DNA from: Candidatus Onthoplasma sp.
Lineage (GTDB): Bacteria > Bacillota > Clostridia > Christensenellales > UBA1242
NCBI GenBank assembly: GCA_045637745.1
Contig: JAZUAB010000067.1
Location: 1-32,738 of the forward strand
Length of the DNA stretch: 32,738 nucleotides
Reading direction: 5' to 3'
Shown piece by piece: positions 1 through 9,179 of this stretch; the first letter of the stretch is position 1; every line of letters starts with the position of its first letter. The notes under the pieces are model-generated. The model was not told the origin of the DNA, did no database searches, and saw nothing but the letters and a program-made list of their open reading frames with translations. A program made the position numbers and the translations under genes.

Positions 1-1
1 T

Positions 2-3000
2 GGTACATATAACTTTAGTGCATTTGTAATGTCTAATAAGGATGTTGAAGGATATGTATTGATACAAAATGGTGGCGATTATTCTACAATTGCTGAAATA
101 AGCACAACTCAAGAAGCTAATATTTGGCACTATATCAACACAACGTTTACATTAAATGCAACTACAACTGTGAGATTTGCATTCTACGGAACAGACAATG
201 TAACACATTATGTGGATGATATTGTATTAACAAGAGATGGAACACAAACACTTGTGACTATTAGTTATACAATTGCAACAGCAACAATAACATTGCCATA
301 TCTAGCAAAAGAAGGATATACATTCTTAGGCTGGAGCGCAACTGAAGCTGGTTCAAGCGGAGCATTTAAAACAATCTCTGGTAGTGACCTATTTAATCTA
401 AATGTAACTAAGCTATACGCTCAATTTGAGATAAGCAATCCAGCAACAGTGATTACACCTAAACAAACAACTATTGTCTATGGTGGAAATGATGCTACAT
501 TGACAGCAAATATTCACACAACAATACTTGATGCAAATGCAAGCTATAAATGGTATCGTTCAAACAGCGAAGACTTTGTATGTGATAGTTCTACATTGAT
601 TGCAAATGCAACAGGTAAAACCTATACACATAGTGCAAGTTTATCTGCTGGAACATACTATTATCGTTGTATGGTCACTACCAACACCACTGCATACGCA
701 TCTACTATTGCTATAATAATAGTAGGTAAGGCTGATCCAATACCAGTACCTACAGATATTATGAAAGATTATCAATATGGTAATGACACGTCATTTAACA
801 CTGCTGGACCAACCTATACAATAGCTAGTGATGGCGATATAACATTCTACTACTATGCATCTGGTGAAACAAGAGCAAATGCAAAAGAATGGAAGAATAT
901 GACCAGCACAACCTTAAATGTTGGAAAATATTATATCTATGCGGTAGTAGATGCTACCAGCAATTACAATGAATATACATCTGCTGACGACACGTTTAAT
1001 GTAACTGAAGGAACAATTACAGTTACAATATCTTCAAACGGCGGAACAAGAGCCGAAAAGGGTATGGATATAAGCTATACAAAGGTATACGATGGAACGG
1101 CATTAGATGGATATATTCAAGCAAATATTGCACATACATTAAGGTATGGTTCGACAACAAGCTATACTAACACAGAATCTAGAACTGCCAACTCTATATT
1201 CAATATTGCTACTATCACGAATGTTGGTTCAGTTAAATACTATTTTGAAGTATCGGCACCTAACTATATAAGTGTGACTGGCAGTATTACATTGATAATA
1301 GAGCAACAGTCTCAACAAGTTATCTGGCCAAGTAGTACACCTATCATCTACAATGGTACAGATCAATCTAGTCTAATTAAACCATATATTGAAGTAGGCA
1401 ACAAAACGATATATTGTGATGTTACATTTACAATTGGCGGGGTTGTTACACCATTTGTAAATGCTGGAACATATACAGCAACAGCAAGTTTAACCAACGG
1501 CAACTATAAGTTGACTGGCATCACAAATAATGTTACAATCAACAAATTGGCTGTTGAGATTACTGCTGAAGACAAACCAATAGTTTATGGCTACAGCGCA
1601 GTAGACTATACACACATTGTAAGCAAAGTGATTCCATCAGTGGATGTTCCTTATACTGTAGAATACAAAGTATTTGACGGAGGGACTGATGTGACTGCAT
1701 CAATCTCAACATTGGATGTGGGAACTTACATAATCCGACCTGTAAGTTCAACACTATCGGCAAATAACTTTGATGTAACATTTGTTGACGGAACATTAAC
1801 AATAAGTGCGCAAGAAATTATTAAACCAACACTTGATGATAATTACACATATACCTATGATGGAGCTGAACAAAGCGTTAAATTGATTGGATTTGATTCA
1901 AGCACAATGAATATTAGTGGTGAAACAGCGACAAATGCAGGCACCTATACCGTTGTTATTGCATTAAAGGATAAAACCAATTATATTTGGGCAGATAAAA
2001 CTAAGGATGACGTTAAGCTAAGCTGGACTATCGCACAGGCTGACATAAGTATGGCAACAATTGAAACAATTGCTGACCAAACATATACATCTGAAGAAAT
2101 AAAACCAACACCAACAGTAAATCTTGGTTCTAAAACATTGGTGGCGGATATAGACTTTACATTTAGTTATGCTGACAACATAAATGTAGGTACTGCAACA
2201 ATCACTATTACAGCAAAAGAAGGTGGTAATTACACTGGAAGCAAGTCAACAACATTCAAAATTACCAAAGCAAATGTTACAATCACTGTTGGAGATATCA
2301 CAATGCTTCGCGGTGAAACAAAAGAGCACAATGTAACGCTAGACTATGTTGGCACATTGGCTAATGCTTTAAGTATTAGCGGAGCTGGAGAAAATGCAAC
2401 AATCACAGCAAGCGCACTAACTGATCAGTCGGCAACATTAACAATTGTTGCAAATAAGAGTGTAAATGCATTAGAAATTACAGTAACATATCCTGGAGAT
2501 AATAACCATAATAGCGCAAATGCAACATTTAACTTGACAATCGAATCAGTTAAAGTTGCGGTTGATGCTAAAGATACTGAAGGTGGAAGTGTTGATTTTA
2601 GTGTAACAATTGATGGTGAGCGTACTGATGAGCTTATTGTTGGCGATACAGTTACCATTGAGATAACACCAGATGACGAATCTAAGGGCTGGTTGAGCTA
2701 TCAATTTGCTGGTGGTAAAACTATATACAATACTGGAGATAATAAAATATTTGATAACTATAAGCATACGGAAAAAATAACTTCAGATATGGTTAAAAAC
2801 AACCAAGTTCAAATAAATGTTGTGTATGACACAATTTCAACAATTGGCGTTAAGTTTGAAGGTGATGAAGGTTCTATCACTTATGCAGATGTGCAAGTAT
2901 CTAGTGAAAAGAATGGAAACGTAGTTTCTCACGCTTATGACAACTCAACCGGAACAATTTCTGTATTTAGCACGGCTGATACATCGGTGATTGCATCAGT

Positions 3001-3712
3001 TGACAATGATGGCAAAGATCAATATTACGCTATCAAACAAGTGAAGGTAAATGATGAAGTATTAGCATCTGGTGCAACATTAAGTACATTAATTCATCCA
3101 GAAGTAAATAAGAAATTGGTTGATGGCGATACAATTAAATTTGTATCTGCAAAGGTATATAATGCTGAACAAAAAGCATCTGGTATTGCTACAGTAACAG
3201 TAGAAGACCCAAGCAACAATTGGACAGTTGAAATTAATGAAAAGCCATACATAATGGAAGACGCTAAAGTAAATATCGTTGTATCTGGTGTTAATGCAGA
3301 TACACATAGTGTATTAGCGGTTACAGTGAATGGTGTTACTACATCAGTCGACCAATTGGGTGCTAAGTGGGATGCTAACACTAACGTTTGGAGCGACCAA
3401 GGATTTACTAAGGGATTATCTGAGATGCAAGTAGACGTTCGCAAGAAGTTGACTGAAACTACATTTAATATTGACTGTAACGCTTATAACTCTACAGTAT
3501 TCTTACAACACGAAACAGGCTTTAAGTATAGTTTGACAGATGGTTCATTAGAAGAAACTGGGGCTTATTCATTATATGAAGGCGAGTGGCAAATAGTTAT
3601 TGAACAATCATCTGGAATTAATATTATTGTCATAGTCGATGGCATTGAACAAGGTGATGAATTTACTATTAATGGAGATACACAGACGGTAGATATTATA
3701 TTAGAAGAGTAA
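2..3712 (+). CDS. Giant repetitive surface/adhesin-like protein, 5'-truncated by the window edge (CBM-like, InlB-B/Flg_new-like, Ig-like and MBG-like repeats)
   Basis: The frame is open from base 2 (GTYNFSAFVM...), so the ATG at 29 is probably internal. Thr/Ser/Asn-rich. Motifs: KEGYTFLGWS...LYAQF (Flg_new/InlB-B-like), YKWYRS...TYYYRCMVT (Ig-like), and repeated Y(D/N)G...NAGTYT and TIADQTYT...DFTFSYADNINVGTATITIT (MBG-like). Confidence 0.8.
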   Translation, partial: GTYNFSAFVMSNKDVEGYVLIQNGGDYSTIAEISTTQEANIWHYINTTFTLNATTTVRFAFYGTDNVTHYVDDIVLTRDGTQTLVTISYTIATATITLPYLAKEGYTFLGWSATEAGSSGAFKTISGSDLFNLNVTKLYAQFEISNPATVITPKQTTIVYGGNDATLTANIHTTILDANASYKWYRSNSEDFVCDSSTLIANATGKTYTHSASLSAGTYYYRCMVTTNTTAYASTIAIIIVGKADPIPVPTDIMKDYQYGNDTSFNTAGPTYTIASDGDITFYYYASGETRANAKEWKNMTSTTLNVGKYYIYAVVDATSNYNEYTSADDTFNVTEGTITVTISSNGGTRAEKGMDISYTKVYDGTALDGYIQANIAHTLRYGSTTSYTNTESRTANSIFNIATITNVGSVKYYFEVSAPNYISVTGSITLIIEQQSQQVIWPSSTPIIYNGTDQSSLIKPYIEVGNKTIYCDVTFTIGGVVTPFVNAGTYTATASLTNGNYKLTGITNNVTINKLAVEITAEDKPIVYGYSAVDYTHIVSKVIPSVDVPYTVEYKVFDGGTDVTASISTLDVGTYIIRPVSSTLSANNFDVTFVDGTLTISAQEIIKPTLDDNYTYTYDGAEQSVKLIGFDSSTMNISGETATNAGTYTVVIALKDKTNYIWADKTKDDVKLSWTIAQADISMATIETIADQTYTSEEIKPTPTVNLGSKTLVADIDFTFSYADNINVGTATITITAKEGGNYTGSKSTTFKITKANVTITVGDITMLRGETKEHNVTLDYVGTLANALSISGAGENATITASALTDQSATLTIVANKSVNALEITVTYPGDNNHNSANATFNLTIESVKVAVDAKDTEGGSVDFSVTIDGERTDELIVGDTVTIEITPDDESKGWLSYQFAGGKTIYNTGDNKIFDNYKHTEKITSDMVKNNQVQINVVYDTISTIGVKFEGDEGSITYADVQVSSEKNGNVVSHAYDNSTGTISVFSTADTSVIASVDNDGKDQYYAIKQVKVNDEVLASGATLSTLIHPEVNKKLVDGDTIKFVSAKVYNAEQKASGIATVTVEDPSNNWTVEINEKPYIMEDAKVNIVVSGVNADTHSVLAVTVNGVTTSVDQLGAKWDANTNVWSDQGFTKGLSEMQVDVRKKLTETTFNIDCNAYNSTVFLQHETGFKYSLTDGSLEETGAYSLYEGEWQIVIEQSSGINIIVIVDGIEQGDEFTINGDTQTVDIILEE

Positions 3713-3736
3713 AAATTATGACAGCGCGATTAAGGC

Positions 3737-3881
3737 TAAAGGTTAAGGGGAACCTTTAAATAGCTTAGAATCCAACCTCTAAGCATTGCGTTATGCCTTA
3801 CGCAAGGGACTTATTGCTTGACCCTGACAAAGCGATAGCGCCGAATCTGGTGCTGGGCGGACTATGGCCTGTAACTATAGT
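3737..3881 (+). ncRNA. Putative structured RNA or palindromic element (train of hairpins), family unknown
   Basis: Five clear consecutive inverted repeats plus one weak one, in an intergenic stretch that is GC-richer than its flanks. Two stems need G-U pairs that work on the + strand. Confidence 0.35.
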
Positions 3882-3885
3882 AATG

Positions 3886-3917
3886 AAAAAAGGAAGAAGC
3901 GCAATCTTCCTTTTTTT
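3886..3917. terminator. Bidirectional intrinsic terminator
   Basis: aaaaaaggaaga-agcgcaa-tcttccttttttt, lying between convergent genes. Confidence 0.85.
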
Positions 3918-3934
3918 ATGCACATTTTAATATT

Positions 3935-4195
3935 TTATTGGTTGCCAACCTTTTTATCATATAAGTATTTTAATCTTGAATATTGAAGTTTAAGTTTTAA
4001 GTATTTCTCAGTTTGCTCTTGTTGAACTTTTTCTTGCATTAGTTTAAGAAGCCCTTTAAACATAGCAAAAATATCATTATCTTGAATACGAGAAGGCAGG
4101 GCAAAAATATCTACAGTTTTAAGCTCGTTTAAAGGTCTAAGTGCAAACTTTATGTTTTGCTTAAGTATTGGTTTTGCTATAATATCATTTTTCAT
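3935..4195 (-). CDS. Small hypothetical protein (86 aa) with a C-terminal coiled-coil-like helix
   Basis: ORF ends just before the terminator at 3886-3917 and has a promoter-like motif directly upstream. No recognisable family. Confidence 0.65.
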   Translation of the reverse strand: MKNDIIAKPILKQNIKFALRPLNELKTVDIFALPSRIQDNDIFAMFKGLLKLMQEKVQQEQTEKYLKLKLQYSRLKYLYDKKVGNQ

Positions 4196-4200
4196 AATAC

Positions 4201-4229
4201 AATTATTGACAGCGCTTTTACTTTTATAC
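4201..4229 (-). promoter_or_regulatory. Possible sigmaG-type promoter for 3935..4195
   Basis: Minus strand reads GTATA-17 nt-AATAATT, then 5 nt to the ATG. Resembles the sigmaG consensus GHATA-N17/18-MATAMTA. Confidence 0.4.
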
Positions 4230-4268
4230 TACGAAAACAAAAAAATATATATTATCATATATAATAAT

Positions 4269-5135
4269 GTGCAATTGTATCTATATTCATCACAAGATTT
4301 AATAATTATGTCTGGGACTGAAGTGCATAATATCAGTGCGGGAATTTTTAATTTAAAATTGCATCAAGATGAAAATGTGATTATATATCCTAGCAACGAC
4401 TGCGGTAGCATAATTTTAAACAAGCAAATTCTATTAGACCAACAACACTCTCAATTAGAATACCACGTTTTAAATGACAATGCGATACTATGCGAAATTA
4501 AACCTTTTATAGCTAATACTATACCCGCCAAGTATAATATTAATAACAGCGAAATATCAATTTATTCTAGTGGAAAACAATTACATATATTTTATAACCA
4601 TAAATACATTGGCGCTATTAATGGCAATATCACAGATATAGTTTTTAAAAATGTAAATGAAAATAAATTAGGATTAATCGTATGTGAAAAAAACATCATT
4701 TTATTTAATGATGATATTATACATTGCTCAAGTTATATTGACTACGAAATAAACAAAAAATTTATTCAAATATATGCGCATATACCAAATGTGTTTAATG
4801 TGGGTCAATTAATCAAGTATGAATTTGTTAGTCAAGAGATAACCATTAACAATGTGTGTGATAGAGGCGATGAGCAAAAGCATACTGGAGCAGAGTTTGC
4901 TGTTATATATTTTTTGGATGCAATTAAGTGTGGAAGATTTAAATATGCGCAAAACAAGTTAAGCAGGGAATTAAAGGCGACAATAGATGAGGGCACACTA
5001 GAACAATATTTTAAAGCCTTTGATGAATTTGTATATTTGCAGGAAGAGGATTGTTATATTACATTAAAAAACAACAAAGTGACGGGAATATATCACTTTG
5101 TTGTTAAAAATAATTTGATTGATAATATTTATTAG
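4269..5135 (+). CDS. Hypothetical protein (start uncertain: GTG 4269 or ATG 4308)
   Basis: Long ORF. The track start at 4152 overlaps the divergent gene and its promoter, so a later in-frame start is more plausible. Confidence 0.65.
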   Translation: MQLYLYSSQDLIIMSGTEVHNISAGIFNLKLHQDENVIIYPSNDCGSIILNKQILLDQQHSQLEYHVLNDNAILCEIKPFIANTIPAKYNINNSEISIYSSGKQLHIFYNHKYIGAINGNITDIVFKNVNENKLGLIVCEKNIILFNDDIIHCSSYIDYEINKKFIQIYAHIPNVFNVGQLIKYEFVSQEITINNVCDRGDEQKHTGAEFAVIYFLDAIKCGRFKYAQNKLSRELKATIDEGTLEQYFKAFDEFVYLQEEDCYITLKNNKVTGIYHFVVKNNLIDNIY

Positions 5136-5137
5136 TA

Positions 5138-7546
5138 CTATTCTTCTTCAGGTGTAATACGCTTTATGCTATCAAAAGCCTTGGTTAACATACAGTATAC
5201 AGGATAAGAAGTTTCAACTACAATAATTGTAAACAATAACTCGGTTGTTGTTAATGAAACGTAAGTTAACATGTTTGGCAAGAATATAATAATACTTAAT
5301 GCCAAAGCGGCCATTGAGAACATTAATATTCCACGTAAGACATTGTATGGTCTACACAAATTAAACAACACTATTAATCCGGTGCAGGTTATGACAATGG
5401 ATGCCATTGTCGCAAGTGTAAGATTTGATATTCCAAATGCATATTGATAAATGTAAATAGCAACCGCGTTTAACACCAACGTTAATCCTGCGGGCAAAGC
5501 GTTTTTAAGTAAGTTAGATATAAATTTTCCTTTAATAATATTGTGATTAGGTTGTAATGCTAGGAAGAACGATGGCAACCCGATTACAAAATATTCTAAC
5601 ACCATAAATTGTACAGGACTAAATGGATAGCTTTTACCTAATATTAAAACTATTACAGACATTATAATTGTAAACAATGTTTTCATTAAGAATAATGATG
5701 ACGATTTTTGAATATTATTTACAACTCTTCGACCTTCTGCCACAACGCTAGGCATTGAGCTAAAGTTACTATCAAGCAATACAAGATGTGATACGCTTCT
5801 GGCAGCATCACTACCCGCGGCGATTGCAACAGAACAATCTGCTTCTTTAAGGGCTAAAATATCGTTTACACCATCACCAGTCATTGCAACGGTTTTACCT
5901 TTAGCCTTAAGGGCTTTTACGAGAGTGGCTTTTTGTTCTGGTGTAACACGACCAAATATGGTATATTTATCGGCAATTTCTACAACTTCTTGCTTGGACA
6001 TGCCTTGCAAACTTATATAATTATCATAATTGTCAATTCCTACGCGTCTTGCGACTTCACTAACAGTTACAGGATTGTCACCTGAAATAACCCTAATATC
6101 AACAGAATTTTCTTTAAACCATTGGATTGTGTTTTGAGCATCTTTACGAATATTGTCTTCTAATAAAATAAATGCAATAGGAGTGGTATTCTCGTTAGAG
6201 AATGATTTATCGCTTTCAACCAACATCAAAACTCTAAATCCTTTAGATGCATATTCTTCAGCCTGACGTTTAAGCGATGCTGATGGGTTTTTGGTGACAT
6301 ATTCGTATGCTCCAATTTTAAAACTTCCAACTCTATTAAATGTACAGCCCATAAATTTACGCTCGGATGAGAACGGTATTGACTTGTCGGCATTCATTGA
6401 GCCTTTTCCAAAAAACGATTTTAATGCGATAGCCGTGTGATTTGCTTCATGGAAAGCGCCTACAATTGAGGCTATAATTTTAGTAATATTTTTATCATCA
6501 TATTTGTTGTTAGAAATGTTAACCATCTCGCGCACTTTCATAGAACCGTCAGTTAATGTGCCGGTTTTGTCAAGGCATAGGACGTTTACGCGGGCAAGCA
6601 TTTCAATGCAATATAATTCTTGAACCAAAGTACGCTTTTTGGCAAGTCGCACAACACTAACTGCAAGAGCCACCGAGGTTAATAAGAACATTCCTGCAGG
6701 AATCATTCCAATAATACTACCAGTTGTTTTGGTAATGGTGTGATATAAGTCACCGTCATATACCTTATGATTGTTAAAGAACATTAACGTGCCTAAAGGA
6801 ATAATAATTATACCAATCAGCCTAATTATAAATGTTAAGGATGACAATAATTCGCTTTTAGGTTTGGAATATTTTTTTGCCTTACTAGATAGTTTTTCAA
6901 TATAATTAGCGCTACCAACCTTTTCAACTTGGGCTTTACAAGTGCCACTAGATATAAAACTTCCAGCCATAAGCGAGTCGCCAACATTTTTGCGAATTGG
7001 TTGAGCCTCACCTGTAAGCAAACTCTCATTCACCTCAACACTTCCTTCTACAACAATACTGTCAGATGCAATTTGCATCCCGGAAGCCAATATTAATATG
7101 TCGTCAACAACAACTTCTTTTTTGTATATTTCAATTTCTTCACTCTCGCGCAATACTTTAGTGAAGTTTGAATTTGTTAATGTTAACTTATCGATGGTTT
7201 TCTTTGCCTTAATTTCTTGAATTATACTAATCGCGGTATTTGCAACTACAATTATCATAAATATTGTATCTGAAAATGACCCAACACACCATAATGCAAT
7301 GGCGCAAGCTAGACATATTAGATTAAAGAATGTGAAAATATTGCCAAGAAAAATCTTTAAATAACTTTTAGAAGTTTTGGTTTCAGTGGAATTAGTAAGC
7401 CCGGCAAGAGTTCTTTCCTCAACTTGAGATTCTGTCAAACCGACATTTAGATCTGGCGCGATATGAGCATACTTGGGAGCTCCGCGTTTAGATTTAGAAG
7501 GACTAGTCGACTTTGATTTATTAAGCTGTTTAACTGTTGGCTTCAT
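5138..7546 (-). CDS. Cation-transporting P-type ATPase (HAD-IC family, CtpE-like)
   Basis: DKTGTLT phosphorylation motif, ESLLTGE actuator motif, SGDNP, TGDGVND and about 10 hydrophobic segments. Confidence 0.93.
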   Translation of the reverse strand: MKPTVKQLNKSKSTSPSKSKRGAPKYAHIAPDLNVGLTESQVEERTLAGLTNSTETKTSKSYLKIFLGNIFTFFNLICLACAIALWCVGSFSDTIFMIIVVANTAISIIQEIKAKKTIDKLTLTNSNFTKVLRESEEIEIYKKEVVVDDILILASGMQIASDSIVVEGSVEVNESLLTGEAQPIRKNVGDSLMAGSFISSGTCKAQVEKVGSANYIEKLSSKAKKYSKPKSELLSSLTFIIRLIGIIIIPLGTLMFFNNHKVYDGDLYHTITKTTGSIIGMIPAGMFLLTSVALAVSVVRLAKKRTLVQELYCIEMLARVNVLCLDKTGTLTDGSMKVREMVNISNNKYDDKNITKIIASIVGAFHEANHTAIALKSFFGKGSMNADKSIPFSSERKFMGCTFNRVGSFKIGAYEYVTKNPSASLKRQAEEYASKGFRVLMLVESDKSFSNENTTPIAFILLEDNIRKDAQNTIQWFKENSVDIRVISGDNPVTVSEVARRVGIDNYDNYISLQGMSKQEVVEIADKYTIFGRVTPEQKATLVKALKAKGKTVAMTGDGVNDILALKEADCSVAIAAGSDAARSVSHLVLLDSNFSSMPSVVAEGRRVVNNIQKSSSLFLMKTLFTIIMSVIVLILGKSYPFSPVQFMVLEYFVIGLPSFFLALQPNHNIIKGKFISNLLKNALPAGLTLVLNAVAIYIYQYAFGISNLTLATMASIVITCTGLIVLFNLCRPYNVLRGILMFSMAALALSIIIFLPNMLTYVSLTTTELLFTIIVVETSYPVYCMLTKAFDSIKRITPEEE

Positions 7547-7669
7547 ACAAACCCCTTTTAAATAATGTATTATATATTATATGATAACATATTAAGATTA
7601 ATAAAACAAATAACTAAATAAAAAAGTACAAAATTTTAAACATTTTCATATATACTAAAAGGAGTGTGC

Positions 7670-8185
7670 ATGGAAATAAACAATATACAAATACGGTTAA
7701 ACAGTCTTTATCCTGAAATTGTGGAGGCTGATAACAACCCTCAAACAGTAGGAATTTTAAAAGACTTATTGTCATCGCGAGATGGAGAGATGTCTGGAAT
7801 AATGCAGTATATTTACCAGTCTAGGTTAGCGTTCAAGGTTGAACCTGAAGTTTCACAACTTCTAGAAGAAATCGCTGTAGTAGAAATGGAGCATATGGAG
7901 CTATTGATGGATGCAATTATTGCATTTGGCGGAACACCCAAATATGACAATGGCAGGGGTCAAATGTTTAATGCGGGGTATGTTAATTATACAACCAAAT
8001 TAAAAGATATGCTAGAAGCAAATATGGCCGGAGAAGATCGGTCGATATCGGATTATACCAGAGCGCAAAAGATGGTAAAAAATCAATCGTTAAAAGAATT
8101 ATTAAATAGAATTATTGAAGATGAAAAATTGCATTTAAATGCATTTAAAACAATATATAAAACGGTAAAATTTCTATCAGTATAA
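7670..8185 (+). CDS. Ferritin-like diiron/Mn-catalase-like protein (CotJC-related fold)
   Basis: GEMSGIMQYIYQ, EEIAVVEMEH and IIEDEKLH give two ExxH motifs. An AAGGAG Shine-Dalgarno (SD) precedes ATG 7670. Confidence 0.8.
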   Translation: MEINNIQIRLNSLYPEIVEADNNPQTVGILKDLLSSRDGEMSGIMQYIYQSRLAFKVEPEVSQLLEEIAVVEMEHMELLMDAIIAFGGTPKYDNGRGQMFNAGYVNYTTKLKDMLEANMAGEDRSISDYTRAQKMVKNQSLKELLNRIIEDEKLHLNAFKTIYKTVKFLSV

Positions 8186-8290
8186 AAACAAAAAAAATAA
8201 ATAATTATTTAATATAATAATACCATAAAACAGTATAAAAATTAATTTAATTATTTATTTTTTTATTTTAATTAATATTTTATAATTAAT

Positions 8291-9007
8291 TTATTTAATT
8301 TTGCTATATTTCATTAAATCTTGTAATTTGTTTTTACTGCTTGCTAAGGCCAATATTTGATTGGTTATGGTGGAGTTCTGCTTAATAATAATATTATGTT
8401 CATTATCAAATATATCTTTAGTGCATATGCGTCCAATTATAAAATTTTCTTTTTTGTTTAAGGGGCTTATTGAAATTTTATTAAAAGATGAAAATAGTTT
8501 AGGTAACACTTTTACTTTTGTTTGGTTGTCCTTTTTGCTTTGTATGCGGTATCTAAAATTTTTTATATTAATTCGGTCGTTAGTATAATATACGACAATT
8601 GAGTTGTTGCTACACGATGCAACATCATTAATATCAATCAATTTTTGATTGTCTAAAATTAAATTTTCTATATTATATTTGTCGCTAATAGAATAGTCTG
8701 TGACTATTCCTAAATATTCACCTTGTAACGAGTAAACTTTCACATTAATTGGTAACAATAAATTAGAACCAATAGGTTCATTTAAAGATATTGTTAAAGT
8801 CTGCTTATTTTTAATGGTAATGGCATGCTTGCCGATAGTATAAATGTTTTTTGGTGTTAAGCAATAACAGATATCTTCCTCGTTTAGAATTTCGAAATGT
8901 TTAATTTTCTTCTTTGCCTTATCAAAGTAAGCTTTGTTAATGTTACCAAGCAGTTCTCCATCATATAGACTTAAAATTGGTTTTTGTAATAATTCACTTA
9001 AATACAT
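8291..9007 (-). CDS. PRC-barrel domain protein with two barrels (YlmC/YmxH-like)
   Basis: LSELLQKPILSLYDGELLGNI and INVKVYSLQGEYLGIVTD are PRC-barrel-type starts. AAGGAG SD present. Confidence 0.75.
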   Translation of the reverse strand: MYLSELLQKPILSLYDGELLGNINKAYFDKAKKKIKHFEILNEEDICYCLTPKNIYTIGKHAITIKNKQTLTISLNEPIGSNLLLPINVKVYSLQGEYLGIVTDYSISDKYNIENLILDNQKLIDINDVASCSNNSIVVYYTNDRINIKNFRYRIQSKKDNQTKVKVLPKLFSSFNKISISPLNKKENFIIGRICTKDIFDNEHNIIIKQNSTITNQILALASSKNKLQDLMKYSKIK

Positions 9008-9179
9008 AACGTTCTCCTTACAACATTTATATTAAATAATGATGGTGATAATGTTGTCTAATGCTGTCAAATTAAATATTTAAATGTAAAAATAAATAAT
9101 TTTGTTTGCTTTTACGGTGACAATTATTATATAATTATACTAATAAAGAGTTATAATATTATAAGGGGAATAGGGGTAT

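Noticed and set aside
1560-3444. Several short minus-strand ORFs inside the surface protein gene
   Set aside because: Antisense shadows of a codon-biased gene. The same applies to short ORFs nested in the other long genes.
3737-3815. Canonical pistol ribozyme call
   Set aside because: Key conserved nucleotides and P2 pairing are missing; kept only as a hypothesis under findings.
4152-4268. Hydrophobic N-terminal extension of the 327-aa ORF, read as a signal or TM segment
   Set aside because: It overlaps the divergent gene start and AT-rich promoter DNA; probably an artefact of choosing the longest ORF.
7626-7657. sigmaE/sigmaK-like CATATATACT upstream of the ferritin-like gene
   Set aside because: Plausible for a spore-coat-type gene, but the spacing and -35 match are not convincing in such AT-rich DNA.
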